NCBI GenBank assembly: GCA_900542635.1
Contig: UQOJ01000005.1
Span: 176-64,175, forward strand
Direction: 5' to 3'
DNA from: an uncultured Collinsella sp.
Lineage (GTDB): Bacteria > Actinomycetota > Coriobacteriia > Coriobacteriales > Coriobacteriaceae
Length of the DNA: 64,000 nucleotides
A program made the translations under genes and the position numbers. Under the pieces are notes generated by a model. The model saw nothing but the letters and a program-made list of their open reading frames with translations. It had not been told where the DNA came from and did no database searches. This document shows positions 49,323-60,532 of this stretch, in pieces (position 1 is the first letter of the stretch; the number at the start of each line of letters is the position of its first letter).

Positions 49323-50759
49323 ATGAAGACCATCAAGCTTGCTCCCGGTGAGCGCCTCGTTACCAACCAGCTCAACCGCAAGGGTGTGCTGCCGCAAAAC
49401 ATCGTCGACGCCGCCCGCGATATCGTGGCCAACGTGCGTGCAAACGGCGATGCCGCGGTGCGCGATTACTGCCAGCGTTTTGACGGCGTCGAGCTGCAGA
49501 GCTTCCGTCTGCCGCAAGAGCAGGTCGATGCCGCGCTTGAAGGCCTCGATCCCGCTTTTGTCGCGGCGCTCGAAAAGGCTGCACGCCAGATTCGCGAGTT
49601 CCACCAGCGCGAGATCGAGCAGAGCTGGTTTACCACGCGTGTGGACGGCACGATGCTCGGCGTTAAGGTGACCCCGCTCGCGGCGGCCGGCATCTATGTA
49701 CCGGGCGGCCGCGCGCAATATCCCTCCACCGTGCTCATGAACGCCATTCCCGCCAAGGTCGCCGGCGTCAAGCGCGTGGTTATGGTGACCCCGCCGCAAA
49801 AAGATGGCCTAATCAGCCCCTATACGCTCGCGGCTGCCAAGCTCGGCGGCGTGGACGAGATCTATATGGTGGGTGGCGCCCAGGCCGTGGCCGCGCTGGC
49901 GTACGGTACCGAGACCATTCCGCGTGTCGACAAGATTACCGGCCCGGGTAACGCCTTTGTCGCCGCTGCCAAGCAGATTGTCTCGGGTGACGTGGGTATC
50001 GATATGGTCGCTGGTCCCTCCGAGGTCTGCGTGCTGGCCGACGCCACGGCCAAGCCCATGGTGGTCGCGGCCGACCTGATGGCCCAGGCCGAGCACGATC
50101 CGCTGGCGGCCTGCTATCTGGTGACCTGCGACGAGCAGTTTGCGTGTGAGGTCGAGGCGGGTATCGACATCCTGGTGGCGCAGTCCCCGCGTGCCGAGAT
50201 TACGCGCGCTTCGCTCGACAATGAGGGCACCATCGTGGTGGCCGCCGACATGGCCGCCGCCGTCGAGGCCGTGAACACGGTGGCGCCTGAGCACCTTGAG
50301 CTGCACTGCAAGGACGCGATGGGCCTGCTCGGCGGCATTCGCAACGCCGGCGCTATCTTTGTGGGCGCTTGGAGCTCGGAGCCGCTCGGCGATTACGTTG
50401 CCGGCCCCAATCACACGCTACCGACCGGCGGCACGGCCATGTTCTCCAACCCGCTTTCGGTGGAGGAGTTCGTCAAGCGCTCGAGTGTCATTTGCTATAC
50501 GCCCGATGGCCTGCTCTCCGATGCTCCCGCTACACAGCGTCTAGCCGAGGCCGAGGGTCTGTGGGCACACGCGCTTTCCGCCGCACTGCGCCGCCGCGTA
50601 TTGGAGCAGGGCGAGGATGCCGTGAGCGCCGAGTCTCTGGCCGCGGCCGACCTGACCAAGGTCGCCTGGCCGGGCGACGCCGTGGCGACGGTTGCCGAGG
50701 GCGTGGACCTGGCGGCTGCAAGCGCTGATGGCGCCGGCGCGACTGGCAAGGAGGCCTAA
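49323..50759 (+). CDS. hisD: histidinol dehydrogenase (with ~45-aa C-terminal extension)
   Basis: [41 protein letters not shown]. Confidence 0.92.
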   Translation: MKTIKLAPGERLVTNQLNRKGVLPQNIVDAARDIVANVRANGDAAVRDYCQRFDGVELQSFRLPQEQVDAALEGLDPAFVAALEKAARQIREFHQREIEQSWFTTRVDGTMLGVKVTPLAAAGIYVPGGRAQYPSTVLMNAIPAKVAGVKRVVMVTPPQKDGLISPYTLAAAKLGGVDEIYMVGGAQAVAALAYGTETIPRVDKITGPGNAFVAAAKQIVSGDVGIDMVAGPSEVCVLADATAKPMVVAADLMAQAEHDPLAACYLVTCDEQFACEVEAGIDILVAQSPRAEITRASLDNEGTIVVAADMAAAVEAVNTVAPEHLELHCKDAMGLLGGIRNAGAIFVGAWSSEPLGDYVAGPNHTLPTGGTAMFSNPLSVEEFVKRSSVICYTPDGLLSDAPATQRLAEAEGLWAHALSAALRRRVLEQGEDAVSAESLAAADLTKVAWPGDAVATVAEGVDLAAASADGAGATGKEA

Positions 50760-50760
50760 T

Positions 50761-51876
50761 ATGTCCGAACTCACGCCGCGCATGAAGGAGCTCGTCCAGC
50801 CCTACTTGGCCGGCATTGAGCCCTACGATCCCAGCTTTACGCCCACGCGCATCAACCTTTCGGCCAACGAGAACACCTATCCCGTGCCGGCTGGCGTGCG
50901 CGAGGCGGTCGACGCCGCCCTGGCCGCTACACCGCTCAACCGCTATCCCGATCCCATGTCCAACGATCTGCGCGACGAGCTTGCCGCTTGGCATGGTGTG
51001 ACGCGCGAGGATGTCTGCGTGGGCAACGGCGGCGACGAGCTGCTCTATAACTACCTGTTGGCGTTTGGCGGCGCGGGACGGACCCTGCTCAACTGCCCGC
51101 CGTGCTTTAGCGAGTACGCGTTCTTTGCGTCGCTCTGCCAGACCGAGGTGCGCGACGTGTGGCGCGACCCCGCGACCTTTGAGCTCAACCAGGCAGCTGT
51201 GCTTGCGGCGGCGTCCGAGTGCAACCTGGCAATCGTGACCTCGCCCAATAACCCCACGGGTGACGTGGCACCGCTCGACTTTGTCGCGGCGCTGTGCGAT
51301 GCGTGCCCCGGCATGGTAATGGTCGACGAGGCCTACGTTGAGTTTGCCGACGATTTGTTTGGCGCGGCCACCACGGCGCAGGGGCTTATCGCCGAGCATC
51401 CCAACCTGGTGATTCTGCATACGTTGTCCAAGGCGTTTGGCGCTGCCGGCACGCGTCTGGGCTATGTGATTGCGGCGCCCGAAGTCATCGACGTGTTCGC
51501 GGCGATTCGCCAGATCTATTCGGTCAACGTACTGAGTCAGGCAACCGCGCTTGCCTGCGTGCGTGCCCGCGATGCGTACACGCCCGTGGTGGCGCAGGTC
51601 GCATCCGAGCGCGAGCGCGAGCTGTGCGCCCTGCGCGCAATGGCTGCCGAGGGCCTGCCCGTGGAGGCATGGCCGAGCGCGGCGAACTTTGTGCTCGTGC
51701 GCACGCCGCATGCCACGCGCGTGCGTGAGCGCCTGCGCGACGAGTATTCGATTTTGGTGCGCGACTTTAGCTACGCGCCGGGCCTTGCGGACTGCCTGCG
51801 CATCACTGTTGGCACGCCGCAGGAAAACGATGAGGTGCTGGCCGCGTTTGCCGCGCTGGTGAAGGAGGAGATGTAG
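50761..51876 (+). CDS. hisC: histidinol-phosphate aminotransferase
   Basis: INLSANENTYP, NPTG, and LSKAFGAAGTRLGY (PLP lysine). ATG at 50761 lies 2 nt after the hisD stop. Confidence 0.9.
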   Translation: MSELTPRMKELVQPYLAGIEPYDPSFTPTRINLSANENTYPVPAGVREAVDAALAATPLNRYPDPMSNDLRDELAAWHGVTREDVCVGNGGDELLYNYLLAFGGAGRTLLNCPPCFSEYAFFASLCQTEVRDVWRDPATFELNQAAVLAAASECNLAIVTSPNNPTGDVAPLDFVAALCDACPGMVMVDEAYVEFADDLFGAATTAQGLIAEHPNLVILHTLSKAFGAAGTRLGYVIAAPEVIDVFAAIRQIYSVNVLSQATALACVRARDAYTPVVAQVASERERELCALRAMAAEGLPVEAWPSAANFVLVRTPHATRVRERLRDEYSILVRDFSYAPGLADCLRITVGTPQENDEVLAAFAALVKEEM

Positions 51877-52464
51877 ATGGGCCGTTATGCCGAGGTGACC
51901 CGCAAGACGGGTGAGACCGACATTGTCGTCAAGCTCGACCTAGACGGATGCGGCGTGTGCGATATCTCGACGGGCGTACCGTTTTTCGACCATATGCTCA
52001 ACGCCTTTGGTCGCCATGGCCTGTTTGATTTGACGGTGCATGCGGTAGGCGACGTTGAGGTCGACGCGCACCACACCGTCGAGGATACGGGCATTGTGCT
52101 GGGCGAGGCGTTTTGCCAAGCGTTGGGCGACAAGGCGGGCATTACACGCTTTGCCGATGCAGCGATTGCCATGGACGAGACACTCGTGATGGCTGCCGTG
52201 GACATTTCGGGTCGCGGCCAGGCCTACTGCGAGCTGCCCGTGCCGACCGAGCGCGTGGGCAGCTTCGATACCGAGCTGGCCGTTGAGTTCTTCTATGCCT
52301 TCGCACGCGATGCCAAGCTCACGCTGCACGTGCGCGAACTGGCGGGCGGCAACTCGCATCACATTATCGAGGCCGCCTTTAAGGCCGTGGGTCGCACGAT
52401 GCGCCACGCCTGCGAGCTCGATCCCCGCGTGCAGGGCATCCCCAGCACCAAGGGCTCACTGTAA
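51877..52464 (+). CDS. hisB: imidazoleglycerol-phosphate dehydratase
   Basis: RKTGETDI, DHMLNAF, HHTVEDTGI, HHIIEAAFKA. Confidence 0.92.
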   Translation: MGRYAEVTRKTGETDIVVKLDLDGCGVCDISTGVPFFDHMLNAFGRHGLFDLTVHAVGDVEVDAHHTVEDTGIVLGEAFCQALGDKAGITRFADAAIAMDETLVMAAVDISGRGQAYCELPVPTERVGSFDTELAVEFFYAFARDAKLTLHVRELAGGNSHHIIEAAFKAVGRTMRHACELDPRVQGIPSTKGSL

Positions 52465-52503
52465 CCTGCCAAAAAGGGACAGGTTTATTTTGGCAGGTTT
52501 TAT
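52465..52503 (+). promoter_or_regulatory. terminator-like hairpin in the hisB-hisH intercistronic gap
   Basis: CCTGCCAAAA-13 nt-TTTTGGCAGG followed by TTTTATC. The loop AGGGACAGGTTT is complementary to AAACCTGTCCC at 52554-52566. Confidence 0.55.
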
Positions 52504-52603
52504 CTGCGGGAATGCTGTCTCATGTGGTGGGTGAACGTTTAACCGACCAAAAGAAACCTGTCCCCTTTGCGGTGGTTTTGGATGATGAGAAGTGGAGGGT
52601 CGC

Positions 52604-53305
52604 GTGGGCGAACCGAAGATTGTGGTGGTCGACTACCACAAGGGCAACTTGTCGAGCGTCGTGCGCGGGCTTGCGCGCGCCGGTGCCGCCGCCTGCACGT
52701 CGGACGATCCGGAGCAGATCCGCAACGCCGACGGCCTGGTCATCCCGGGCGTGGGCGCGTTCTATGACGCGATCGCCTTTATGCGCCAGAGCGGCGAGGA
52801 GGTGGCCGTGCTCGATGCCGTTGCCGCCGGAACTCCGCTGCTCGGCATCTGCCTGGGCCTTCAGCTATTTTTTGAGCGCGGCAACGAGGGCGTGCCGGCG
52901 GACGAGGGCGCGGTCGTGGACGGAAACGCTCCCGAGCAGGCTGGCGGTCCCTGGGTCGATGGCCTGGGTATTATGCGCGGCTCGTGCACGCGCCTGGAGT
53001 CGAGCCGCCTGAAGGTGCCGCACGTGGGCTGGGACCAGGTGCACATGACGTCCGCCGGTGCGGCTGATCCGCTGCTTGCCGGTTTTGCCGAGGGCGCCAA
53101 CATGTACTTCACCCACAGCTACGCGGTGGCCGACGACGTCGATGCCGCCGATGTGTTGGCGCGCACGCACTATACACGGAGTTTCCCGTGCATCGTGCGC
53201 CATGGCAACGTGTGGGGCTGCCAGTTCCATCCCGAGAAATCCTCCGCGCTGGGTCAGCGCATCCTTAAGAACTTCGTCAACATCGTCGAGGAGGTCGGCC
53301 GATGA
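52604..53305 (+). CDS. hisH: imidazole glycerol phosphate synthase, glutamine amidotransferase subunit
   Basis: IVVVDYHKGNLSSV, GVGAF, GICLGLQ, HVGW, FHPEKS. Start uncertain: GTG at 52604 after GGAGGG, or GTG at 52592. Confidence 0.88.
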   Translation: MGEPKIVVVDYHKGNLSSVVRGLARAGAAACTSDDPEQIRNADGLVIPGVGAFYDAIAFMRQSGEEVAVLDAVAAGTPLLGICLGLQLFFERGNEGVPADEGAVVDGNAPEQAGGPWVDGLGIMRGSCTRLESSRLKVPHVGWDQVHMTSAGAADPLLAGFAEGANMYFTHSYAVADDVDAADVLARTHYTRSFPCIVRHGNVWGCQFHPEKSSALGQRILKNFVNIVEEVGR

Positions 53306-54045
53306 TCCTGTTTCCCGCAATCGATCTGATCGGCGGCAAGGTTGTACGCCTGGAGCGCGGCGACCGCAGCCGCTGCAAGGTATATTCCGACGACCCCGTG
53401 GCCGTTGCCCGCTCGTTTGCCGAGCAGGGCGCAAGCTGGGTGCATGTCGTCGACCTATCCGCTGCCTTTGGTGAGGACGAGGACACATGCGCTGCCAACT
53501 CGGCGGCGATTAAGGCCATCTGCGGCGTCGGCGGTCTGTCCGTGGACGTGGGCGGCGGCGTTCGCTCACTCGCGCGCATCGATGAGCTGGCAGGCTATGG
53601 TGCTCGCCGCATTGCGCTGGGCACCGTGCTCGTGACCGAGCCGGGTTTTGCTGAGGTGGCAGCCCAAGGCTTTGGCGAGCTGCTGGTAGCAGATATCGCC
53701 GCGCGCGACGGTCAGGTCAAGGTGAACGGCTGGCGTGACGGCGCGGGCGTGGCGCTCGACGATGCCGTGGCGCAGCTTATCGAGCTGGGCTTTAAACACC
53801 TGGTCTATACCGATATCGCGCGCGATGGCATGCAGACGGGCATCGACGTGGCGGCATATCGCCATGTGGCGCAGGTCGCGGGCTTTCCCGTCGTGGCGTC
53901 GGGCGGTATCTCGACGCTCGGCGATATTCGCGCGCTGGCTGCGGTGGGTGAGGATGCTATTGAGGGTGCCATTACCGGCCGTGCGCTCTACGAGGGCAAC
54001 TTTACGTTGGTACAGGCGCTGGCCGCCGCCCGAGGGGAGGAGTAG
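53302..54045 (+). CDS. hisA: ProFAR isomerase
   Basis: ILFPAIDLIGGKVVRL, VVDLSAA, DIARDGMQTG, SGGIS. Confidence 0.9.
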   Translation: MILFPAIDLIGGKVVRLERGDRSRCKVYSDDPVAVARSFAEQGASWVHVVDLSAAFGEDEDTCAANSAAIKAICGVGGLSVDVGGGVRSLARIDELAGYGARRIALGTVLVTEPGFAEVAAQGFGELLVADIAARDGQVKVNGWRDGAGVALDDAVAQLIELGFKHLVYTDIARDGMQTGIDVAAYRHVAQVAGFPVVASGGISTLGDIRALAAVGEDAIEGAITGRALYEGNFTLVQALAAARGEE

Positions 54046-54048
54046 CCC

Positions 54049-54831
54049 ATGCTTACCAAACGTGTGATTCCCTGCCTGGACGTCAAGGACGGCCGTGTGG
54101 TCAAGGGCGTCAACTTTGTGAGCTTGCGCGATGCGGGCGATCCGGTGGAGCTGGCGCACGCCTACGACCGCGAAGGTGCGGACGAGGTCGTATTTTTGGA
54201 CATTACCGCGACGAGTGACAACCGTGCGACGACCATCGAGATGGCGGCACACGCAGCCGAGGAGCTCGCTATTCCCTATACCGTGGGCGGCGGCTTTCGC
54301 GACTTGGCGGGCATGCGGACCATGGTTGCCGCCGGTGCCGACAAGGTGTCGCTCAACTCGGCGGCCGTGCGCGACCCGTCGTTGATTAGCCAGGCTGCCG
54401 CGGCTTTTGGCAGTCAGGCCGTGGTCGTGGCGATCGATGCCAAGCGCGTGGGCCTGCCCGGTGAGCCGGGGGCCGACAAGTGGGAGGTCTTTACCGCAGG
54501 AGGCCGCAACGCCACGGGCATCGACGCGGTGGCGTGGGCCGAGGAGGCGGCTCGTCGCGGCGCCGGCGAGATTTTGCTCACCAGTATGGACCGCGACGGC
54601 ACCAAGGCCGGCTTTGACCTGGCGCTCACCCGCGCCGTGGCGCGCGCGGTGCCGATTCCGGTGATCGCAAGCGGCGGCGTGGGCACGCTCGAGCATTTCG
54701 CCGAGGGCGTGATTGAGGGCGAGGCCGATGCCGTACTGGCGGCCAGCGTCTTTCACTTTGGGACGTTCAGCATTCGCCAGGTGAAGGAGTATATGGCCAG
54801 TCAAGGCATCCCCGTGAGATTGGATTTTTAA
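54049..54831 (+). CDS. hisF: imidazole glycerol phosphate synthase, cyclase subunit
   Basis: [47 protein letters not shown]. Confidence 0.92.
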   Translation: MLTKRVIPCLDVKDGRVVKGVNFVSLRDAGDPVELAHAYDREGADEVVFLDITATSDNRATTIEMAAHAAEELAIPYTVGGGFRDLAGMRTMVAAGADKVSLNSAAVRDPSLISQAAAAFGSQAVVVAIDAKRVGLPGEPGADKWEVFTAGGRNATGIDAVAWAEEAARRGAGEILLTSMDRDGTKAGFDLALTRAVARAVPIPVIASGGVGTLEHFAEGVIEGEADAVLAASVFHFGTFSIRQVKEYMASQGIPVRLDF

Positions 54832-55161
54832 ATGGAGCAAGTGACAACTGCGTCCGAGCTCAAATACGACGCCAAGGGGCTGATTCCTTGTGTGGTTCAG
54901 CAGTACGACACCGGCGAGGTGCTTATGGTTGCTTGGATGAACGAGGAGTCGGTGGGGCTGACGCTCAAGACCGGTACCACGTGGTTTTGGAGCCGCAGTC
55001 GCCAGGAGCTCTGGAACAAGGGCGCGACGAGCGGCAATATGCAAGCGGTCAAGGAGCTCTGGGCCGACTGCGATAGCGATACGCTGCTGGTCAAGGTCGA
55101 CTCGCCGGGTCCGGCCTGCCATACCGGCAACCGTACCTGCTTCTTTAAGAAACTCGCGTAG
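54832..55161 (+). CDS. hisI: phosphoribosyl-AMP cyclohydrolase
   Basis: [58 protein letters not shown]. Confidence 0.9.
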   Translation: MEQVTTASELKYDAKGLIPCVVQQYDTGEVLMVAWMNEESVGLTLKTGTTWFWSRSRQELWNKGATSGNMQAVKELWADCDSDTLLVKVDSPGPACHTGNRTCFFKKLA

Positions 55162-55206
55162 GGCGGGCGCTCGATTAGAAGCTCGGCCACCAGAAAGGAT
55201 TGAACT

Positions 55207-55524
55207 ATGGGTGTGCGCACCGCAAACGTTCAGGATGGAAATATCGGAGAGACGCTGACAGGTCTGGCCGAGGTGATTCACGGTCGTCGTGATGCATCGC
55301 CGCAGGAGAGCTATACCGCGCGTCTGCTGACCGACGTCGAGGATGAGCTGCTCAAGAAGCTTGCCGAGGAGTCGAGCGAGGTGATCATGGCCTGCAAGGA
55401 TAACGATCACGATCACATCCGCTACGAGGCCGGCGACCTGGTCTACCACCTGCTCGTGACGCTCGAGCGCTACGGTATCACCCTCGACGAACTCGCCGGT
55501 GAACTCAACGCCCGCCGCCACTAG
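55207..55524 (+). CDS. hisE: phosphoribosyl-ATP pyrophosphatase
   Basis: SYTARLL...KKLAEESSEV...EAGDLVYHLLV. Confidence 0.88.
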   Translation: MGVRTANVQDGNIGETLTGLAEVIHGRRDASPQESYTARLLTDVEDELLKKLAEESSEVIMACKDNDHDHIRYEAGDLVYHLLVTLERYGITLDELAGELNARRH

Positions 55525-55590
55525 TCATTGGGGACGTTCTTAAACGACTAGTCGTTTGGGACAGTCTTTGTTGGTGTAACGGGGTCATGG

Positions 55591-55659
55591 AAGTTGCGGT
55601 GAAATAGGGACTGTTTAAGCGCTTCATCAGGCAAAACAATCCCTATTCCACCGCAACTT
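55591..55659. repeat. type D palindrome, copy 1
   Basis: AAGTTGCGGTGAAATAGGGA ... TCCCTATTCCACCGCAACTT (one A-C mismatch), between convergent hisE and the PHP phosphatase gene. Confidence 0.8.
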
Positions 55660-55671
55660 ATGAAGGGATGG

Positions 55672-56583
55672 CTAGTCGAGGGGTGTGGATTCCCATTCGC
55701 CGGTGGGGTGGGGGATATCGTAGGTTCGGTAGCCGCAGTCGTAGGTGTGGGCTTGTGCCTCGCGGATATTCCAGCAGATGTCGCAGGCGCGGTGTGCGTC
55801 CGAGCCAAAGGTGATGGGTACCTCGGCGTGGGCGAAGCAACGCAATAGCCCGGTCGCGGGATAGTAATCGTCGAGCCCCTTGCGCGGCGCGGCGGTCGAG
55901 ACCTCAACGCGGCGGCCCGTGTCGTGAGCGCACTCGGCCATCTGCCCCCAGAACGGCGTCGGGTCAAAGTCGGGCGCAAAGCCTTCCTTCGAAAAGCGCA
56001 TGACCAGGTCGGGATGGGCCATTACGTCAAAGTTGAGTGAGCTTTCGCAAGCGCGGCACCAGTCGTCGACGTAGCGCTCCCACACGCCGTGTACCCCCAG
56101 GTTTTCCCAAACATGCAGGTTGGTGTCATCATCGATCCAGCCGCAGCGCGAATCGGGTGTATCGGGGCGAGCGACGTCTTCCGTTCCCGCCGCACCCGCG
56201 GCACCGGCCATGATATCGCCCGGATAGCCAATCCAGTGCACACTGCCCAAGCGCACTATGGCACTCGCGGACCAGCGCTCAACCAGAGGCTCGCAACCTT
56301 CGTACCAGTCGCATTCAAAGCCATAGATAAAGCTGAGCTCCGGCGCGATCTGCGCGGCGAGCTTGCGGGCGTCCTCAAAGGCCAGACGATGTGCCGTCAG
56401 GTCACCCTCGACAACCTGTACTTCGCAGTTGGCGTCCATGCTGACGGGCAGGGTGAGGTGATCGGTCGAGACCATGACGCGGCAACCGGCCGCAGCAGCG
56501 GCGCGAACGTTGTCCTCAAACGAGGCATGTCCGTCCGAAAACGAGGTGTGGGTGTGGCAATCGACCAGCGGGCATGCGGGCAT
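55672..56583 (-). CDS. PHP-family histidinol-phosphatase
   Basis: LVDCHTHTSFSDGH N-terminal PHP motif. ATG at 56583 follows AAGGAG. Convergent with the his operon, which otherwise lacks this step. Confidence 0.75.
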   Translation of the reverse strand: MPACPLVDCHTHTSFSDGHASFEDNVRAAAAAGCRVMVSTDHLTLPVSMDANCEVQVVEGDLTAHRLAFEDARKLAAQIAPELSFIYGFECDWYEGCEPLVERWSASAIVRLGSVHWIGYPGDIMAGAAGAAGTEDVARPDTPDSRCGWIDDDTNLHVWENLGVHGVWERYVDDWCRACESSLNFDVMAHPDLVMRFSKEGFAPDFDPTPFWGQMAECAHDTGRRVEVSTAAPRKGLDDYYPATGLLRCFAHAEVPITFGSDAHRACDICWNIREAQAHTYDCGYRTYDIPHPTGEWESTPLD

Positions 56584-56700
56584 GGCGACTCCTTTGCATT
56601 TGGCGAATCCGCTCCATTGTAATGGTGCAGCTCTCAACACGCCGCGCGCGCCGGAGCTCGAAATCGATTGGAAAGGCTGCACGGCCTCGCTTGCTCCAAT

Positions 56701-56761
56701 ACATGTACATCAGCCTCCAAAAGCTGCAAATAATGACATGTTTGGAGGCTGATGTACATGT
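56701..56761. repeat. 21-bp perfect inverted repeat in a divergent promoter region
   Basis: ACATGTACATCAGCCTCCAAA - 19 nt - TTTGGAGGCTGATGTACATGT. Confidence 0.85.
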
Positions 56762-56899
56762 TTGGCCGGGGCGGTGGAGTGTCGGTTTCTTGTCGACAAG
56801 GAAAATCGCGCTCATCACGCGCCGTCACACTCGCGCAGCCTGCGATGTGCTAGCGTTTGGGTGAACAAAACGAGCCCGCGCGGAAAGGATCCAGACCGT

Positions 56900-57385
56900 A
56901 TGCAATGCGATAGCACATCCCCGCTGTCTCGCGAGACTGATGCGCCCGAAACTATCGTCAAACTGGAGTGCGACATCGATGATGCGTCGCCCGAGGTGCT
57001 TGCCTACGCTGCCGATTGCCTGCGCAAGGCCGGCGCCCGCGAGGTACATTGGTTGCCCCTCTATTGCAAGAAAGGCCGCCCCAGCTGGCAGCTGCAGGTG
57101 ATTTGCTCGCACGAGGATATCGAGCGCCTGCAGACGATTATCTTTTTGGAAACCACGACCAACGGCATTCGTCGCCAGGTCATGGAGCGCGTTTGCCTGC
57201 CACGCCGCTTTGAGCGCGTAACGACGCCATGGGGCGAGGTGTCCGTCAAGGTGGCCACCCTGCCCGACGGCAGTGAGCGTTCGGCGCCCGAGTACGAGGA
57301 CTGCGCCCGCCTTGCCCGTGAGCACAACGTGCCGCTCCAGCGCGTGATGCAGGCGGCCCAGAGCGCGGCACTGCGATTTGAATAA
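56900..57385 (+). CDS. LarC-family (DUF111) nickel-insertion protein, C-terminal domain only
   Basis: CDIDDASPEVLAYAADCLRKAGAREV...KKGRP...ETTTNGIR...TPWGEVSVKV matches the LarC C-terminal part. No N-terminal half is adjacent. Confidence 0.65.
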   Translation: MQCDSTSPLSRETDAPETIVKLECDIDDASPEVLAYAADCLRKAGAREVHWLPLYCKKGRPSWQLQVICSHEDIERLQTIIFLETTTNGIRRQVMERVCLPRRFERVTTPWGEVSVKVATLPDGSERSAPEYEDCARLAREHNVPLQRVMQAAQSAALRFE

Positions 57386-57445
57386 CGCGGCTGGTGGCGA
57401 TATCCTGCGCCCAGCCATATCAACCCCATTCGAAAGGATCTCCCC

Positions 57446-57994
57446 ATGAAATACCTCATCGCCTCCGACATCCACGGCTCGGCATATTGGGCCGAGCGCC
57501 TGGTCGCCGCCATCGAGTCCGAGCAGCCCGACCGCATCGTCCTGCTGGGCGACCTGCTCTACCACGGTCCGCGCAACGACCTGCCGCGCGATTACGCCCC
57601 CAAGCGCGTAATCCCGCTGCTCAACGCCCTGGCCGACCGCATCATCGCGGTGCGCGGCAACTGCGACGCCGAGGTCGACCAGATGGTGCTCGACTTTCCC
57701 GTCATGGCCGACTACGCCACGCTGTTTGACGAGACCGGCCGCGAGCTGTTCCTGACGCACGGCCATGTCTTTGGCGCCGGCATGCACAACAGCGTCGACC
57801 ACGCGCCCGCGCTGCCCGAGGGCTCCGCGCTCGTCTACGGTCATACGCACATCAAGGTCAACGAGGAAAGTGCCGCGCACCCGGGCCTGTGGCTCTTCAA
57901 CCCCGGCAGCGTGAGCATTCCCAAGGACGGCGCGCACAGCTACGGCATCTACGAGGGCGGTGCGTTCCGCCACGTGATCCTGGAGGAGGAATAA
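57446..57994 (+). CDS. YfcE/MJ0936-family metallophosphoesterase
   Basis: IASDIHGS, LLGDLLYHGPRN, GNCD, THGH, GHTH. Confidence 0.85.
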   Translation: MKYLIASDIHGSAYWAERLVAAIESEQPDRIVLLGDLLYHGPRNDLPRDYAPKRVIPLLNALADRIIAVRGNCDAEVDQMVLDFPVMADYATLFDETGRELFLTHGHVFGAGMHNSVDHAPALPEGSALVYGHTHIKVNEESAAHPGLWLFNPGSVSIPKDGAHSYGIYEGGAFRHVILEEE

Positions 57995-57996
57995 CC

Positions 57997-58857
57997 ATGG
58001 CGCAGCATATGGCTCAGCAAAATGCCGAGGGCTCGCGCGATCTGTCCACGCTGATAGACGCGTCGGCCGAGCTGCAGCATCTGGTGCAGACCATCTGGCG
58101 CCTGCGTCAGCCCGATGGCTGCCCGTGGGATCGCGAACAGACACACCGCAGCATCGGCAAGAACATGATCGAGGAGGCCTACGAGGCACTCGACTGCATC
58201 GAGGCGGACGACGCGGTTCACCTACGCGAGGAGCTGGGCGACGTGCTCATGCAGGTCGTGCTGCATGCGCAGATCGCGGCGGATGCCGGCGAGTTTACGC
58301 TGGCCGACGTGGCGCGCGATATCGACGCCAAACTCATTCGCCGTCATCCGCACGTGTTTGGCGATGTGGATGCCGACAGCTCCGACGAGGTACTCAAGAT
58401 TTGGGACGAGGTTAAGCTTGCCGAGAGGGCTGCCAAGGACAAGGCCGTGGCGGCAGGCGAGGCTGCGCCCGAGGGCCTGCTCGACGGCGTGCCCACGCAT
58501 CTGCCGGCGCTGATGCAGGCTCAGAAGGTGTCGCACAAGGCGGCTGCCGTGGGCTTTGAGTGGGAGACGGTCCAGGATGTGTGGGACGAGGTTGCCGAGG
58601 AGCGTGCCGAGTTTGAGGCCGAGGCCCCTGGCTCGCCCGAGCGCGAAATGGAGTTTGGCGACCTGCTCTTTGCCTTGGTCAACGTCGCGCGCAAGGAGGG
58701 CATTGACGCCGAGAGCGCCCTTCGTGCCAGCACGGCAAAGTTCCGCCGTCGCTGGGCCGCGATGGAGCAGATGGCGGCCGATGCTCACGTGGATCTTGCC
58801 GAGCTTTCGACCCACGGCCTCAACGACCTGTGGGACGCAGCAAAGGCAGGGGAGTAA
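57997..58857 (+). CDS. mazG: MazG-type nucleoside triphosphate pyrophosphohydrolase
   Basis: LRQPDGCPWDREQTHRSI, EEAYE, ELGDVLMQVV; second MazG repeat EFGDLLFALVNVAR. ATG at 57997 follows GGAGGAGGAA. Confidence 0.88.
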   Translation: MAQHMAQQNAEGSRDLSTLIDASAELQHLVQTIWRLRQPDGCPWDREQTHRSIGKNMIEEAYEALDCIEADDAVHLREELGDVLMQVVLHAQIAADAGEFTLADVARDIDAKLIRRHPHVFGDVDADSSDEVLKIWDEVKLAERAAKDKAVAAGEAAPEGLLDGVPTHLPALMQAQKVSHKAAAVGFEWETVQDVWDEVAEERAEFEAEAPGSPEREMEFGDLLFALVNVARKEGIDAESALRASTAKFRRRWAAMEQMAADAHVDLAELSTHGLNDLWDAAKAGE

Positions 58858-59034
58858 GACTGCGGGAACGACGGGCTGACACGCCTCATCGTTCCCGCTA
58901 AATTTTTCGAAAATCAAGTGTATCCCTCGGCTAACTTAGGGCATAATGCAAAAAGTGCGACATGGCTAACTTACGGAGACGCACCGATGGTGCACGGTCA
59001 GCCGGTCGCTTGCATCCACTACGTTTCCAAGTGA

Positions 59035-60336
<1,302 letters not shown>

Positions 60337-60408
60337 GCACGCGGAGGTCGCGGGGGCGGGGAAGACTCGGATTTGCCTTGCTCCAGCCGGGCGCTGTTGA
60401 GCACCATT

Positions 60409-60442
60409 AGGCGCTGGGCCATATGACTCAGCGCCTTTTTTA
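60409..60442 (+). terminator. intrinsic terminator after eno
   Basis: AGGCGCTG-12 nt-CAGCGCCT followed by TTTTTT. Confidence 0.8.
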
Positions 60443-60532
60443 TGTCGAGCAAAGGCTGGCGAAGGCGGTGCGGGCGCTCGTGCTATAACTAGAATACTTA
60501 GCGCAAACAAACCTCAACCGCACAAGGCGCAC

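Noticed and set aside
53566-55521. 651-aa minus-strand ORF
   Set aside because: It is antisense to hisA-hisF-hisI-hisE, each of which has clear family motifs on the plus strand.
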